IMG/VR virus record: IMGVR_UViG_3300013125_000003
Location: 1 to 64,000 of that record
Length of the DNA stretch: 64,000 nucleotides
Reading direction: 5' to 3' (one strand)
Origin: a virus
Position 1 is the stretch's first letter. Each line of letters starts with the position of its first letter. Positions 47,884 to 58,329 of the stretch are shown piece after piece. The notes beneath the pieces are model-generated. The model saw only the letters and a program-made list of their open reading frames with translations, ran no database searches and was not told the origin of the DNA. The position numbers and the translations under genes are program-made.

Positions 47884-48627
47884 ATGCTTAACTTAAGAAC
47901 ATTGATGAGTAAGACGAGCTTCACTAAGCTCAACGGTGACACGGTAGTCAACCTTGCGATGAGCACTGTGTCCTTTTTGGGCATCAGAGCTAACTCTGGA
48001 AAAGCATACGTCGTTACTGAAGAAACGGCAATGAGACCTGATCTGATCGCTAGCTATTTTTACCAGGATCCTGGGTACTTGGACCTTCTTTTGAAATACA
48101 ACGGTTACCCTAACCCTTTTGCTCTGGACGTCGGAGACATCATCAGAATACCGTCAATGGCAATTCTTTCGAAATTCGGAAGCACTGGAAAGATAAACGA
48201 TCCTAAACTCATGGCAATTAGGAAGAAGTACACTAACTTGGTAATGGCACCTAGGTCAAGAAAAGATCAAGTTCGAATGAATTACCTATTGCAGAAAGGA
48301 ACTGCTGTTAACTCCAACTTAGCTAAACTGAATGCACTGCTCCAGAGTGGAAACTTGTCGAGCTTGAGCTTATCAGCTCTAAGTTCTCAAATATCAAACA
48401 TCATGCAGGGTGGAAACTTCTCAGGAACCGGCCCGCTGACTTCAGCTTACCAAGCTGGAACTACTGTGCCGGTGCCGCCGAACGTTGCTCTTGACAGCGG
48501 AGTGAAGATACAGAACGGAAAGATCCTGTTCGGATCTGACGTTACTTCGGTAAAGAAGGAAGATTGCACGGAACCGATCTCTAGAACAAAGCTGAAAGAA
48601 ACTCTTCTAAAAAATAGGTTGGCATAA
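47884..48627 (+). CDS. Baseplate wedge gp53-like (LysM-like) protein
   Basis: MRPDLIA..FY......LLKYNG..NPF.L..GDIIRIP. Confidence 0.7.
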   Translation: MLNLRTLMSKTSFTKLNGDTVVNLAMSTVSFLGIRANSGKAYVVTEETAMRPDLIASYFYQDPGYLDLLLKYNGYPNPFALDVGDIIRIPSMAILSKFGSTGKINDPKLMAIRKKYTNLVMAPRSRKDQVRMNYLLQKGTAVNSNLAKLNALLQSGNLSSLSLSALSSQISNIMQGGNFSGTGPLTSAYQAGTTVPVPPNVALDSGVKIQNGKILFGSDVTSVKKEDCTEPISRTKLKETLLKNRLA

Positions 48628-50234
48628 TGGCACAGGAGAACAGAGTAACGGTACGGTTCACGTCAAAGATCAACCCAACTCGACTCGAATTAGCTGATTT
48701 TGAAAGCAGCCTGAGCGAAGAGGATCGCAAAAAATTGTTTGACGGAACGTACAGCAAGTTCAAGCAGAGAAGAGGTTTCTCTACCCCGCTAGTGATGATA
48801 GGAAAGGTAAAGATCCCACCTGAAAAGATACGAGCATTGCACGTTCGCCAGGAAGATTTTACTCCTACAATATCTGTCACCTTCGTGGACGATGGTCACA
48901 TTTTCAGCGCTAGAGGTTTTCCGTTATCCAACATAATAGTCAGCGTGTTCGTTAAGTCGACCGTTAAGAAACTAAAATCGCTATCTGCTGATTTCCTAAT
49001 AAACGCAGTTTCATCAATGCCAATTCCTGGAACAGAAGCGGTGGTGTACACTTTTTCAGGCGAAATGCTGATTCCGACTCTGTACGGAAACTATTCAAAG
49101 TCATACCGAAACATGACGTCCTTAGAAACTCTAGCGAAAGTAGCGGAAGAACTCCAGCTAGGATTCGCTGACAACCAAGCGGAAGGAACCTCTGACGCTA
49201 TGACATGGATCATGCCGAACTACACGTACAAGGAATTCATAACTCAAGTTTCAAAGTACGCGTACAAGGATGACGGAAACTTCTTCGATTGTTTCATCGA
49301 CCGCTACTACGTGCTCAACTTCATAAACGTGGAAAAGCAGTTCGCTAGGGACGAAGAAGTGGACACCGGTTACATAGCAATAGGTCAGACCGAAATAAAC
49401 AAGGATAGGTTCGATCCCGAGGAAGAGGAAAAGGAGGACGAGGTCGAAGTACCGATAATCCTAACCAACTACCCTGAAGCTAGAGTGTCTGAGTTCTACA
49501 TCACAGATTACTCTCTTATGAGCAACCACGGTGACATACTCAGAAACAATGCCATCCGCAGATACATTTATTGGTACGATCACGGATCAGGAAAGGGAGA
49601 GGATTCCGAACCCAGAAAAATAGAAGAGATCATCGATTCCGGAAAGCCTAGCACTTACCCGTTCGAACAGTACGAACAGTTTAGGCTTCACTTTTTAGAA
49701 CCGTTGGCATCGACCGTCACCAATGATGGAAAGAAACCGCAAACAGTCGAAATACCTGAGTACTTAAGCAATTCCGACAATGATGATGACGGTCCAGCTG
49801 TGGCAACCGGCGTTTGGTCAGGAATAGATTACGGGAACGCTCACCCGTCGTATAAGTTTGCAGAACTCTTGAACTATCATAACTGGTTGGAAACCGAGAA
49901 AAACTTGCTTCTAGTAACGCTGAACGGATTCAGTTCAAACGTTATCAGAGGAAGTCGCGTGAAAGTGGAAATTTACATGGACAAAGCGTCTGCTCTCATG
50001 GGTCGTAACATGGCAAACGACCAGGAAACGGAAATTGGTCTCGACGACATTGACACTGGAATACCACAGATCGATAATCTCCCGCAAGGAGCTATACGCG
50101 ACAAAGCGCTGAGCGATTTTTACTACGTGAAATCGATCTCCTACTCTTACATTGACGGCGAATTTTCGACCGAACTAACCCTAGCTAGAAGGCACTGGTT
50201 GTTGCCGTTAGCCAAAAAAGACGTAAAAGTGTAA
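48627..50234 (+). CDS. Putative baseplate hub protein
   Basis: Between gp53-like and gp5-like genes; LSDFYYVKSI.Y......TELTLARR C-terminus. Confidence 0.55.
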   Translation: MAQENRVTVRFTSKINPTRLELADFESSLSEEDRKKLFDGTYSKFKQRRGFSTPLVMIGKVKIPPEKIRALHVRQEDFTPTISVTFVDDGHIFSARGFPLSNIIVSVFVKSTVKKLKSLSADFLINAVSSMPIPGTEAVVYTFSGEMLIPTLYGNYSKSYRNMTSLETLAKVAEELQLGFADNQAEGTSDAMTWIMPNYTYKEFITQVSKYAYKDDGNFFDCFIDRYYVLNFINVEKQFARDEEVDTGYIAIGQTEINKDRFDPEEEEKEDEVEVPIILTNYPEARVSEFYITDYSLMSNHGDILRNNAIRRYIYWYDHGSGKGEDSEPRKIEEIIDSGKPSTYPFEQYEQFRLHFLEPLASTVTNDGKKPQTVEIPEYLSNSDNDDDGPAVATGVWSGIDYGNAHPSYKFAELLNYHNWLETEKNLLLVTLNGFSSNVIRGSRVKVEIYMDKASALMGRNMANDQETEIGLDDIDTGIPQIDNLPQGAIRDKALSDFYYVKSISYSYIDGEFSTELTLARRHWLLPLAKKDVKV

Positions 50235-52279
50235 TGGCACGATCGTTAGAAGAAATAAGAAGAAAAAACCTGTTCGTAAAATCGTCAACCGACGATTACC
50301 AGGACCCTGTGTTTCTAACGTTTAGAATAGACTTCTTCCCAGCTGAGGAAACCTACCCATTTGGGGATGGTCTTACCAACTCGTGCTTGCTGAAACCTAT
50401 CTCAAGCGACATTGATAAAACCGGAGTAACTGCAATCGGAGACAACAAGATAGTCGAGTACCCAACCATCCAGTGGTTAAACGATTACTACCCGATCGGA
50501 ACCACACCTAGAAACTTACAAAATTTAACGCCGGCTGCTGCTTTGGCACGCTTTAGCAACTTGCTAGCTGAAGTTCAGGATTCTCCTTGGTACTTTCAAT
50601 CGATTCAAGGAATCGGAGATCTTTGGAAAGCTCTGCACAGAGTAAAGGAAGGAAATCAAAAGACTACTCTGACCATAAATTGCATCGATTCAGTAAAGCA
50701 ACCTCTTACTGAACTAGCTGAAATGTACAGGTACGCTATGTACGATAACGAAAGGTTGTCTTACCGAGTTCCTGACAACCAAAGATGGTTCGACATGGTA
50801 ATAGATCTTATCGAAATTAGGGACATTGCTGACTATTCTGGACAGTTTTTTCAAGCCGATTCCGAAGGAAATTTAACGTCTGGCCTTAGAATGGTGCAGT
50901 TTCGCTGCAAGATGTGTGAGTTCGATTTCGGAAACTTTCTAGGAGGTTCACAATCGGACCACAAGATCTATACGGAAGAAAAACCATTCTCTCCATCGTT
51001 CGGAATAAACGTCGGCTGGGTAATTCAGGAACCGATATCTCTTAGGGATGCTTACGACTACCGGCAGCTTGGAATGTTTGCCGGAGTTTTAGGAACTCTA
51101 AACAACCGAATAAGCCGGTTCATACAGAACGCAACCAGACTTCCGGCTGCAATAGTTGGATCGGTTCTCAACGAGATACAGACGATGGCTGAAGTTACCG
51201 TCATGGGAAACGTTTACTCTGGAGCAAACGCTTTTCTAAACGACATGAACAACATAAGCGGCGAACTGACCGGGCGAACTCCGCCAGTAGGGCCTCCTCT
51301 TGTCTCAAACATCGGTGAGGACGTTTACCCGACCGTTCCAACTCAGCCAGTTCAAACGATGGGAAGAGCTTACGCGAACGAAGCGCCTATCCCGCCGGTT
51401 GCTAACATGGGAGACCTTTACCAGGACGTTCCTACCCCAGCCGTTTCAAACATTGGGGACATTTACGAACCGGTTCAGCCTACCGAAGTCAACAACATTG
51501 GGGACATTTACCCGACCGAACCACCGGCACCTACTGTCAACGAGATGGGAGACTTGTACGAGGACGTTCCGCCTACTCAAGTTAGTGAGATCGGAGACAT
51601 CTACCTTGATGAACCGCCAGCACCAGCAATCGGAGAAATGGGAGACGTTTATCAGGACGTTCCGCCTACTCAAGTTAGTGAGATCGGAGACATCTACCCT
51701 GACGAACCTGCTGCACCGGCGATTTCCGATATGGGCGACATCTACCAGGACGTTCCAGGAATTCAAGTAGAAGAGATCGGAGATGTTTACCCGGACGAAC
51801 CGACAGCACCGTCAGTTTCTGACATGGGAGACACTTACCCTGACGAACCTGCTTCACCTAGCGTAGCTGAGATGGGAGATGCTTACCCAATAGACGAAGC
51901 AACAGTAGGAGTGGGAGAGATCGGTAGTACTTACCCAGATGCTGAAAAGAACCCTGACGTTGGAGAGATAGGAGATGCTTACTTGATCGACGAGGAAACC
52001 AAACCGGTGGAAGATCTCGGAGACGTTTATCAAGACGGTAAGACCGAATCTGTCGATTCAATAGGCGACGTTTACCAACAGACTGAAACGACCGAACCGG
52101 CAGATGACCTAGGAACAGCTTACCCAGCAGCTGAACAAGCTCAACCAGTTGGAGAACTCGGAGACGTTTACCAGGACGTTCCACCAACTAGCGTTGATTT
52201 CATGGGAGATGCTTACCAGAACGACGAAGAAACTCAAAAAATAGACGATCTCGGCGAAATTTACAAAACGCAGAGCTAA
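50234..52279 (+). CDS. Tail/baseplate protein with long acidic C-terminal repeat tract
   Basis: N-domain PWYFQSIQG...; about 21 (I/M/L)G-D-x-Y repeats. Confidence 0.65.
   Translation: MARSLEEIRRKNLFVKSSTDDYQDPVFLTFRIDFFPAEETYPFGDGLTNSCLLKPISSDIDKTGVTAIGDNKIVEYPTIQWLNDYYPIGTTPRNLQNLTPAAALARFSNLLAEVQDSPWYFQSIQGIGDLWKALHRVKEGNQKTTLTINCIDSVKQPLTELAEMYRYAMYDNERLSYRVPDNQRWFDMVIDLIEIRDIADYSGQFFQADSEGNLTSGLRMVQFRCKMCEFDFGNFLGGSQSDHKIYTEEKPFSPSFGINVGWVIQEPISLRDAYDYRQLGMFAGVLGTLNNRISRFIQNATRLPAAIVGSVLNEIQTMAEVTVMGNVYSGANAFLNDMNNISGELTGRTPPVGPPLVSNIGEDVYPTVPTQPVQTMGRAYANEAPIPPVANMGDLYQDVPTPAVSNIGDIYEPVQPTEVNNIGDIYPTEPPAPTVNEMGDLYEDVPPTQVSEIGDIYLDEPPAPAIGEMGDVYQDVPPTQVSEIGDIYPDEPAAPAISDMGDIYQDVPGIQVEEIGDVYPDEPTAPSVSDMGDTYPDEPASPSVAEMGDAYPIDEATVGVGEIGSTYPDAEKNPDVGEIGDAYLIDEETKPVEDLGDVYQDGKTESVDSIGDVYQQTETTEPADDLGTAYPAAEQAQPVGELGDVYQDVPPTSVDFMGDAYQNDEETQKIDDLGEIYKTQS
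51310..52265 (+). repeat. Coding tandem repeat (15/16-aa units)
   Basis: e.g. IGDIYPDEPAAPAISD / MGDVYQDVPPTQVSE; exact 45-nt copies at 51561-51605 and 51654-51698. Confidence 0.9.
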
Positions 52280-52298
52280 AATTTAGTAGAAGAACAGC

Positions 52299-53105
52299 AT
52301 GAGACACAGCGAAGAAGGCATAGCTGGAATACCTGGCGAGGAAACTTTCGTATCGACTTACATGGGTGTGGTGGAGGACATCGACGACCCAAACTACGAG
52401 GGTAGGTGCAGGATCAGAGTGTTCTCCGTGTTCGATGACCTGCCTACAGAGGACATACCTTGGGCAGTTCCGGCAGCAAAACCTATGTTCTTCGGACAGG
52501 ACGCAAAGGCCGGATCGATTTCCATACCGAAGGTTGGAGCTATCGTAAAAGTTAGGTTCGCAACCGGAGACATTTACACGCCCGAGTACATTCAGATCCA
52601 AGAGCTGGGAGACGACATCAAGGAACAGCTTAGAAAGGGAGGTTCCAAGTACGAGGGAGCTCACTTCGTCCTGTTCGACGGTGACGAGGAAATAAAAGTC
52701 TGGTTCGACAAGCAGATCGGCTTGCAGATAGAGTTGAAAAAATCTTTCGTAAGGATAGACAACGAAACGTCAAACGTTCTCATTGAGCACAAGGACAACT
52801 TATCGTCCATATCAATGGAAGGTAACGTGATAAGAATAGTCTCTGATTCCGAAGTCAACGTGACTACCGGTTCTAAGGCTACCGTGTCAGCAAAGACCGT
52901 TCACCTTGACGGTGTCAACACGGTCGTAGGTCACAGCACCATACAACACAGCGCGGTTCTCGGAGAACCTCTGATGGCTCTGCTCAAGACAATAGCAGCT
53001 GCGGTAGACGCAAAGATGCCTTCGACCGCAGGAGCAGTGTCAGCTGCGGTAGAAGCAGCAAAGCCCATGGTCCTTTCACGGTCCGTTACTATCGGAGCTT
53101 ACTAA
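52299..53105 (+). CDS. gp5: Baseplate spike gp5-like (OB-fold, no lysozyme domain)
   Basis: YMGVVED..DP..EGRCRIRV...IPWA...IPKVG..V.V.F. Confidence 0.8.
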   Translation: MRHSEEGIAGIPGEETFVSTYMGVVEDIDDPNYEGRCRIRVFSVFDDLPTEDIPWAVPAAKPMFFGQDAKAGSISIPKVGAIVKVRFATGDIYTPEYIQIQELGDDIKEQLRKGGSKYEGAHFVLFDGDEEIKVWFDKQIGLQIELKKSFVRIDNETSNVLIEHKDNLSSISMEGNVIRIVSDSEVNVTTGSKATVSAKTVHLDGVNTVVGHSTIQHSAVLGEPLMALLKTIAAAVDAKMPSTAGAVSAAVEAAKPMVLSRSVTIGAY

Positions 53106-53932
53106 TAAATTATACTGAATTCGTTTTCGCACTGGAAGAGTTTCTGCTCTTCCCTAGGGTCGTTAGTATCACCCAAGTGAGCTTTTGTGAACTTTAAGGA
53201 ACCGGTTTCCACAGACTTTAAGACGTCCTTTTCCAGTTCTGGAAGAAGGTTTCTGTTCGGAAAAAACCTGCTAGAAGCAACGTACTTTCCCAAAAGGTCC
53301 TTTCTTACCATTTCCATGTGGTGCATCGTGATGAATTCCTTCTCAAAGACGAGAGTTTTCCTGTATGAATCGTCAATCATCCCACGAGTTGGGTCTATCC
53401 CAGAAAAGTGAGTCTGGAGAACGTGGTGCCTTGAATTTGCAGTGATGCGGTAGATGAATGGAACTTTCCACCTTGAGTAACCTCGGTGAAGTGTCGGAGT
53501 CACGTAATTGATGTAGTGCACGGCGGTAGCGTCCAACCCGTCAGCTTCTATCTTTTCCTTAGCCCTTGCGAACTCCTCTGCTCTGTAAAACTCGTCAGCG
53601 TCCATCGACAGGTAGTGCGTGCAACCCTCTAGCTTGGCAACTTCCAAGCAGCCTTGCCTCTTGTTAAGTTCGAACTTCTTAGCGTTCATCGCTTCCGCAG
53701 CAGACCTTAGGGAAGTTGGTCTGAACATCGTGAACTCGATGAGTTTGTCTATGAGTCCCGAATTTCTTAGTGATTCGAGTGTCGGTATGAGGTCTGGTGA
53801 AGCTTTGGTGCCACCCCAAGAGATTCTCTGGTAGGAAACGATCACTAGGTCGACGCTCGGTCGAATCGATCGTATCGAATGCTCCAGAGTCTCTAACCCA
53901 TCGAACACTATGTAGCCTGCTGCCAGTTTCAT
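53102..53932 (-). CDS. Glycosyltransferase (GT-A fold)
   Basis: LEHSIRSIR, MDADEFY, HHMEMVRKD. Confidence 0.7.
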   Translation of the reverse strand: MKLAAGYIVFDGLETLEHSIRSIRPSVDLVIVSYQRISWGGTKASPDLIPTLESLRNSGLIDKLIEFTMFRPTSLRSAAEAMNAKKFELNKRQGCLEVAKLEGCTHYLSMDADEFYRAEEFARAKEKIEADGLDATAVHYINYVTPTLHRGYSRWKVPFIYRITANSRHHVLQTHFSGIDPTRGMIDDSYRKTLVFEKEFITMHHMEMVRKDLLGKYVASSRFFPNRNLLPELEKDVLKSVETGSLKFTKAHLGDTNDPREEQKLFQCENEFSIIY

Positions 53933-54237
53933 TTCTTTAGCTTCTCTACCAGGTCGGCGATTTTTTGAACCGAATTGAAGTTGGCCGGAGTGACCTCCGA
54001 TTCCGGAACGGCAACGTTGAATTCCTTTTCTAGGAAGACCACGATGGACACCATCGAAAATGAATCAACGTAACCCCCGCTTACCAGAGGAGTGTCGATC
54101 GATATCGCTTCGCGATCCCGGCAAGAGCACGATTCCCAAGGGAACATGCACGAGGATTCGTGAGTTTTCCTGTTTCCGACTTCCACAAACTCGTCGGTCA
54201 CGTACTGGAGTATCTTGCTAACTGTTTCTGTGTTCAT
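53929..54237 (-). CDS. Acyl/aminoacyl carrier protein (DltC-like)
   Basis: LVSGGYVDSFSMV..VVFLEKEF.V....EVTPANFNSV..I. Confidence 0.8.
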   Translation of the reverse strand: MNTETVSKILQYVTDEFVEVGNRKTHESSCMFPWESCSCRDREAISIDTPLVSGGYVDSFSMVSIVVFLEKEFNVAVPESEVTPANFNSVQKIADLVEKLKK

Positions 54238-54970
54238 CTTCGTATCTTTTAATCAATTTTTTGTACTCAACATTAGCAGATGGATTAACCTTCCAAATAC
54301 TGGGAAGTACTTGCTTTTTCCACTCATAGTAAGGATTGTCTTCCACGTAAAGATCCCAAGTTAAGTGATACGCTAAGTGCTTTCGAGTCGCTACCCATTT
54401 CTTATTCTTAGCATAAACCAAACCGCTGACAGTTGTGTCCTGGTAATGAATTCCTTGGATAAGATCGAGGTTCTCTCTCTTAATCGTTACGAAATTGTTA
54501 GCAGTATTTGTAAAAACTGGACCAGGGATTACTAACGATTTTTTAGAAAGTTCATCGTACTGTTCAGTTCCAATTACTCGGTCTGCTCTCAGATAGTAAT
54601 TTCCACGGTAAAGAGAAGCAGAAGAAACTATTGCATCTGGTTGTTCCAAATTTTCGAGTATCTCGGAAAACATTGATTTCACATCGTAAACGTAAAGGTC
54701 GCCGTCCGTTATCGTGATGTATTTGTACTTCTCTAGCAACCACGAAAAATCGTGAATGAAGATGTCTATCGCTTGGTTGGAGATATTATCTTCGAATTGC
54801 ACATAGCCGGTTAGATCAGTCTGCAAAAAATACTCTGCAATTTGATCTGACTTTTCGCTTTTATTTTCAATGATAAAAAAATCGCAATCGGCATTTTTGA
54901 TGGAATCGAACGATTTTTTAATGATGTCTGGATGCAAGTACGTTAAAACTACACAGATATGATCTTTCAT
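54218..54970 (-). CDS. Glycosyltransferase family 2-like
   Basis: IIENKS, ITDGD, HLTWD. Confidence 0.6.
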   Translation of the reverse strand: MKDHICVVLTYLHPDIIKKSFDSIKNADCDFFIIENKSEKSDQIAEYFLQTDLTGYVQFEDNISNQAIDIFIHDFSWLLEKYKYITITDGDLYVYDVKSMFSEILENLEQPDAIVSSASLYRGNYYLRADRVIGTEQYDELSKKSLVIPGPVFTNTANNFVTIKRENLDLIQGIHYQDTTVSGLVYAKNKKWVATRKHLAYHLTWDLYVEDNPYYEWKKQVLPSIWKVNPSANVEYKKLIKRYEDEHRNS

Positions 54971-54971
54971 G

Positions 54972-55673
54972 TTACTTTACTATTTCAGGTCGGCGATACG
55001 TTGTTCCTCCGCCGTTTCTCTTGGCTGTGATAACGTTAACAAATATGCCGTATTCTCCTCGATCTTCCATGAACTTTTTGATTCGGTTCCACATATCAGC
55101 GTCAGCTGCGTAAGATTTTCCCGTTTCCTCTATCATGTTTCTGAAAAACATTCCAAAGTGCCTGTAATTTACGCAAGTTGAAACTTTGAACAGTCGATTG
55201 GTTTCAGGCCGATACTCGGTGTAAAGTTTGTCCGTTTCAATCGGTGGGTAAGCTCCGCACTTAGTCGAAACAAAATTAGTCCCCGTAGCTTCTATGCAAT
55301 CGGAAATTTCCTTAAGGTGATTTTCCAAAAACATATCATCGTGATCTAGGTGGCAAACGTAATCGTACCCTTCGTTTAGCGCTTTTCTGATCCCAACGTT
55401 AGACGCGTTTACTCCGCCGGTTCGCCAAAGGTCCATTCCTGAGTACTTGATACGTTCACCCGCGGCTGGGAGGTTTTCCACGTAAATTTTGCTGGTATCA
55501 ACTATCTCAGCTAACTCAAACAACTCGTCTGATTTGGAATAATCGTCTCCTATCAAAAAAAGTTTGTAGTCTTGGTGAGTTTGGTTCTTAACAGACTCCA
55601 GCGCTAATTTTAAGTGGGTAGCAGTTGACCCATCTAGTTTAAAGTACGTTGGCGTTACTATCGCTAGCTTCAT
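54972..55673 (-). CDS. Glycosyltransferase family 2
   Basis: IVTPTY, SVKNQTHQDY..FLIGD, HLDHDD, ADADMW. Confidence 0.85.
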   Translation of the reverse strand: MKLAIVTPTYFKLDGSTATHLKLALESVKNQTHQDYKLFLIGDDYSKSDELFELAEIVDTSKIYVENLPAAGERIKYSGMDLWRTGGVNASNVGIRKALNEGYDYVCHLDHDDMFLENHLKEISDCIEATGTNFVSTKCGAYPPIETDKLYTEYRPETNRLFKVSTCVNYRHFGMFFRNMIEETGKSYAADADMWNRIKKFMEDRGEYGIFVNVITAKRNGGGTTYRRPEIVK

Positions 55674-56871
55674 CGAGTTTTTTCTTATTTTTAATGACGC
55701 TGAACCTTTTCTTTATTCCTGGGAAAGTTTGATACGGAACTCCGAGTTTTTCTGACACAGCTTTGCACATAGCCAACTCGTCAGCTCGGTGAGTATCGTC
55801 AAAGATAATGGTCACGTCTGTGTTGAACAGGTCCAAATTTTCCGAAAAACCAGTTCGGTTTCCCTTTCCGATCCATGGGCCATCGACCAATATGACATCG
55901 TACGTTAAACTAAGCAAAGATTTTTCAAGGACTGCTCGATCGTACCATTGACCGTTTAATGGAGCGTATATGTACGTTGACTTATCTGTTAGATTCATCC
56001 ACTCTGGGTCATTCTCTATGCTTATCATCTTGTACCTTTTAGCCAGATCGATGGTTCCGTAACCACTTCCTAATTCTAAGATGGTAGCACCAGGTAAAAT
56101 GTTGCGAAATACCCATCCGTAAAGTTTAGAATCGATAGCAAAACCTGGCGTCTTTTTTATTCCGTACTCCAAAAGCTTTCGGTTGATCGAAATTTTTGGA
56201 ATAGCCACACCGCGCACCCGGTTAGAAATATTTTCGCCATGAATGATTTGTAGAACTTCTAAATTCGAAACTTTTGTTCCGATCATCTTTTCTTTTATCC
56301 GACCATGCCCAGAGTAAATGCCAATTCCTGGAGAATCGGTCAGAATGGACGTAAATGGAGAAGTTCTATCACCGTACTTGGCAGTAGTAAAAATGTTGCT
56401 AACTGGATCGTACATACTGTAATGATCCACGTCAAAGTAAAAATTAGAGAGTTCTTCAGCTTTACCCAAGTACTCATTTGCTTTTTTCTGAAGAGTGTCT
56501 ACAAAATCTCTAGAATAACAATCGTCTCGATCCAATCTAGAAAGAAGGTAAATTCTTTCCTCAACGTTTTCAGTTATGAATTTTTCGATAGCCGAACCCA
56601 ACTCAGAAACCTGGCTGATCCTAATGACATGCTCGTTTGGCAAAACTGGTCCAACCTCTGTCACACTTTCGTCGACAATGGTCAAAAGAATAAAGTTTTT
56701 ATTGCTCTGATTTTTCAGAGAAGGTCGACAGTACGTGTCGTACAGGCTTATGCTATTCTTTAACCATTTTTCCCACTCTAAACCCAACTTGGATTTGCAG
56801 ATGAGCTCTCCATTTTCGTCGTACCATTTCATGGCTACTCTAGAAATGATGATGTGCTTGTACTTTTTCAT
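55639..56871 (-). CDS. Glycosyltransferase-like domain fused to a SAM methyltransferase-like domain
   Basis: PSLKNQS.KNF, SRLDRDD; ILELGSGYGT, VILVDGP, IFDDT.R. Confidence 0.75.
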   Translation of the reverse strand: MKKYKHIIISRVAMKWYDENGELICKSKLGLEWEKWLKNSISLYDTYCRPSLKNQSNKNFILLTIVDESVTEVGPVLPNEHVIRISQVSELGSAIEKFITENVEERIYLLSRLDRDDCYSRDFVDTLQKKANEYLGKAEELSNFYFDVDHYSMYDPVSNIFTTAKYGDRTSPFTSILTDSPGIGIYSGHGRIKEKMIGTKVSNLEVLQIIHGENISNRVRGVAIPKISINRKLLEYGIKKTPGFAIDSKLYGWVFRNILPGATILELGSGYGTIDLAKRYKMISIENDPEWMNLTDKSTYIYAPLNGQWYDRAVLEKSLLSLTYDVILVDGPWIGKGNRTGFSENLDLFNTDVTIIFDDTHRADELAMCKAVSEKLGVPYQTFPGIKKRFSVIKNKKKLDEASDSNANVL

Positions 56872-58329
56872 TTAGTCTATTTTTTCGTATTTTCCAGTGA
56901 TCCTAGGAATAAAAACCTCCTCCGGTTGGTAGTGAGGTTTTATCATTTTTTTGTAGCTTTTACGAAGCTCTGATTCGAAATCAGTGTTCGGGTTTAGGGT
57001 TAAGCTCTGTTGGTGAAGTCTACGGTAGAAAACCGAATCTTTTAGCACAGAAACCGAAGCTAGCCAGCTGACTCTTTGGATGAACTCTGTGTCCGCTCCG
57101 CACTTCCATGCTTGGTACCCACCAGCGACCTCATCAAGTACTTGTTTCTTTATGCACATGATTCCGTGCGCAACATTTATCTTAGCTTCAACCGCACCGC
57201 CTGTCCTAAAGTTATTGTACGAAAGTCTAAGAACTTCACTGTTCAAATTATCTGCCACTTGCTTTACCAAAAATTCGCGCATGACATCGTCTGAATCGAA
57301 CCTAATTATGTATTCTTTAGTTGCTTGGGAGATTAGCGTGTTCGTCGTAATGTACGTTCCTGAATTCTCAAGCATCATGTACACTGATAAATTTCGGTAC
57401 TTTTTCTTTATCTCTAGTAGCTTACTTAAAGTTTCCTGGCACCCATCAACTCCGACGATAACTTCAAAATCATCGTACCCTTTGAAGTAAGATTGGCTCT
57501 CTATCGAATCTAAACACTCCTCAATGTAATCAGCAGTCTTGTATGCAGTTACCACTATGCTGAAAGTCTTTTTAATTGGATTTTCAGTCGTTGTAGTTGT
57601 AGTTTGAAACAGAGAATCTGAAAATTTCGGGTATTTCTTTTTCTTTAATGAGCTGAGAGTGATAAGAGTCTGCTTTCTGCTGTAATCGTTGATCATTGCG
57701 TGAGCTCTTTTTGATGTGTGTTCTTCCATGCTGGTCGTGTCAATAGCGATGACGCTATCTGTCTGAAGAGCAGAAAGGTTGGAATCGTTAAGGAGCTTTC
57801 CGCTGACTATCTGCTTAGAACTAACGATCTTTGGAATCAAAAAATTATTCTTTACCACGTACGAAAATTCAACCTCAGTTATCGAAGAAACGGATGATCG
57901 TCTGACCGACGAAAAAGCTAAGTTGAACTGATCTCCTGCTTTAACGTAACACAATTTAGTAGAAAGATTTCCTTGGTGTTGCCTAAAAAATAATCCGGAA
58001 TTTTCCGGTAAGACAAATGAGTTTATTAAGAACATTCTAGGATCAACGTAGAGTCGATCGTGCTCATGATAAGTTAACAAAAACTCAACGAAGTATGGAT
58101 TCTCTTCTACCACACTTGTTCCGGTTGGAGACCGGTGAATGTTAACTTCGATTAAGGAAACAATGGCAAAGAATTTATCGACCAGTTCTAACTCTCTACG
58201 CGGCATTCTTCCCCTAGTCATTATCACCAGCTCAAGGTTTTCCCCTCCAAGCACTGAAGCAATTGACCTGATTGATTTGGCAAAGAAATTTTTTGCCGAA
58301 TCATCGTAATAAGTGAAAACCTTTAGCAT
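56872..58329 (-). CDS. Glycosyltransferase family 2 (C-terminal domain)
   Basis: SIVVTAY, IVGVDGC, RFDSDD, GADTEF, YRRLH. Confidence 0.85.
   Translation of the reverse strand: MLKVFTYYDDSAKNFFAKSIRSIASVLGGENLELVIMTRGRMPRRELELVDKFFAIVSLIEVNIHRSPTGTSVVEENPYFVEFLLTYHEHDRLYVDPRMFLINSFVLPENSGLFFRQHQGNLSTKLCYVKAGDQFNLAFSSVRRSSVSSITEVEFSYVVKNNFLIPKIVSSKQIVSGKLLNDSNLSALQTDSVIAIDTTSMEEHTSKRAHAMINDYSRKQTLITLSSLKKKKYPKFSDSLFQTTTTTTENPIKKTFSIVVTAYKTADYIEECLDSIESQSYFKGYDDFEVIVGVDGCQETLSKLLEIKKKYRNLSVYMMLENSGTYITTNTLISQATKEYIIRFDSDDVMREFLVKQVADNLNSEVLRLSYNNFRTGGAVEAKINVAHGIMCIKKQVLDEVAGGYQAWKCGADTEFIQRVSWLASVSVLKDSVFYRRLHQQSLTLNPNTDFESELRKSYKKMIKPHYQPEEVFIPRITGKYEKID

Noticed and set aside
51310-52265. 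Possible CRISPR array or DGR template/variable repeat pair
   Set aside because: Repeats are in-frame, codon-degenerate and lack unique spacers; no adenine-specific mismatch pattern, Cas or RT gene was seen.
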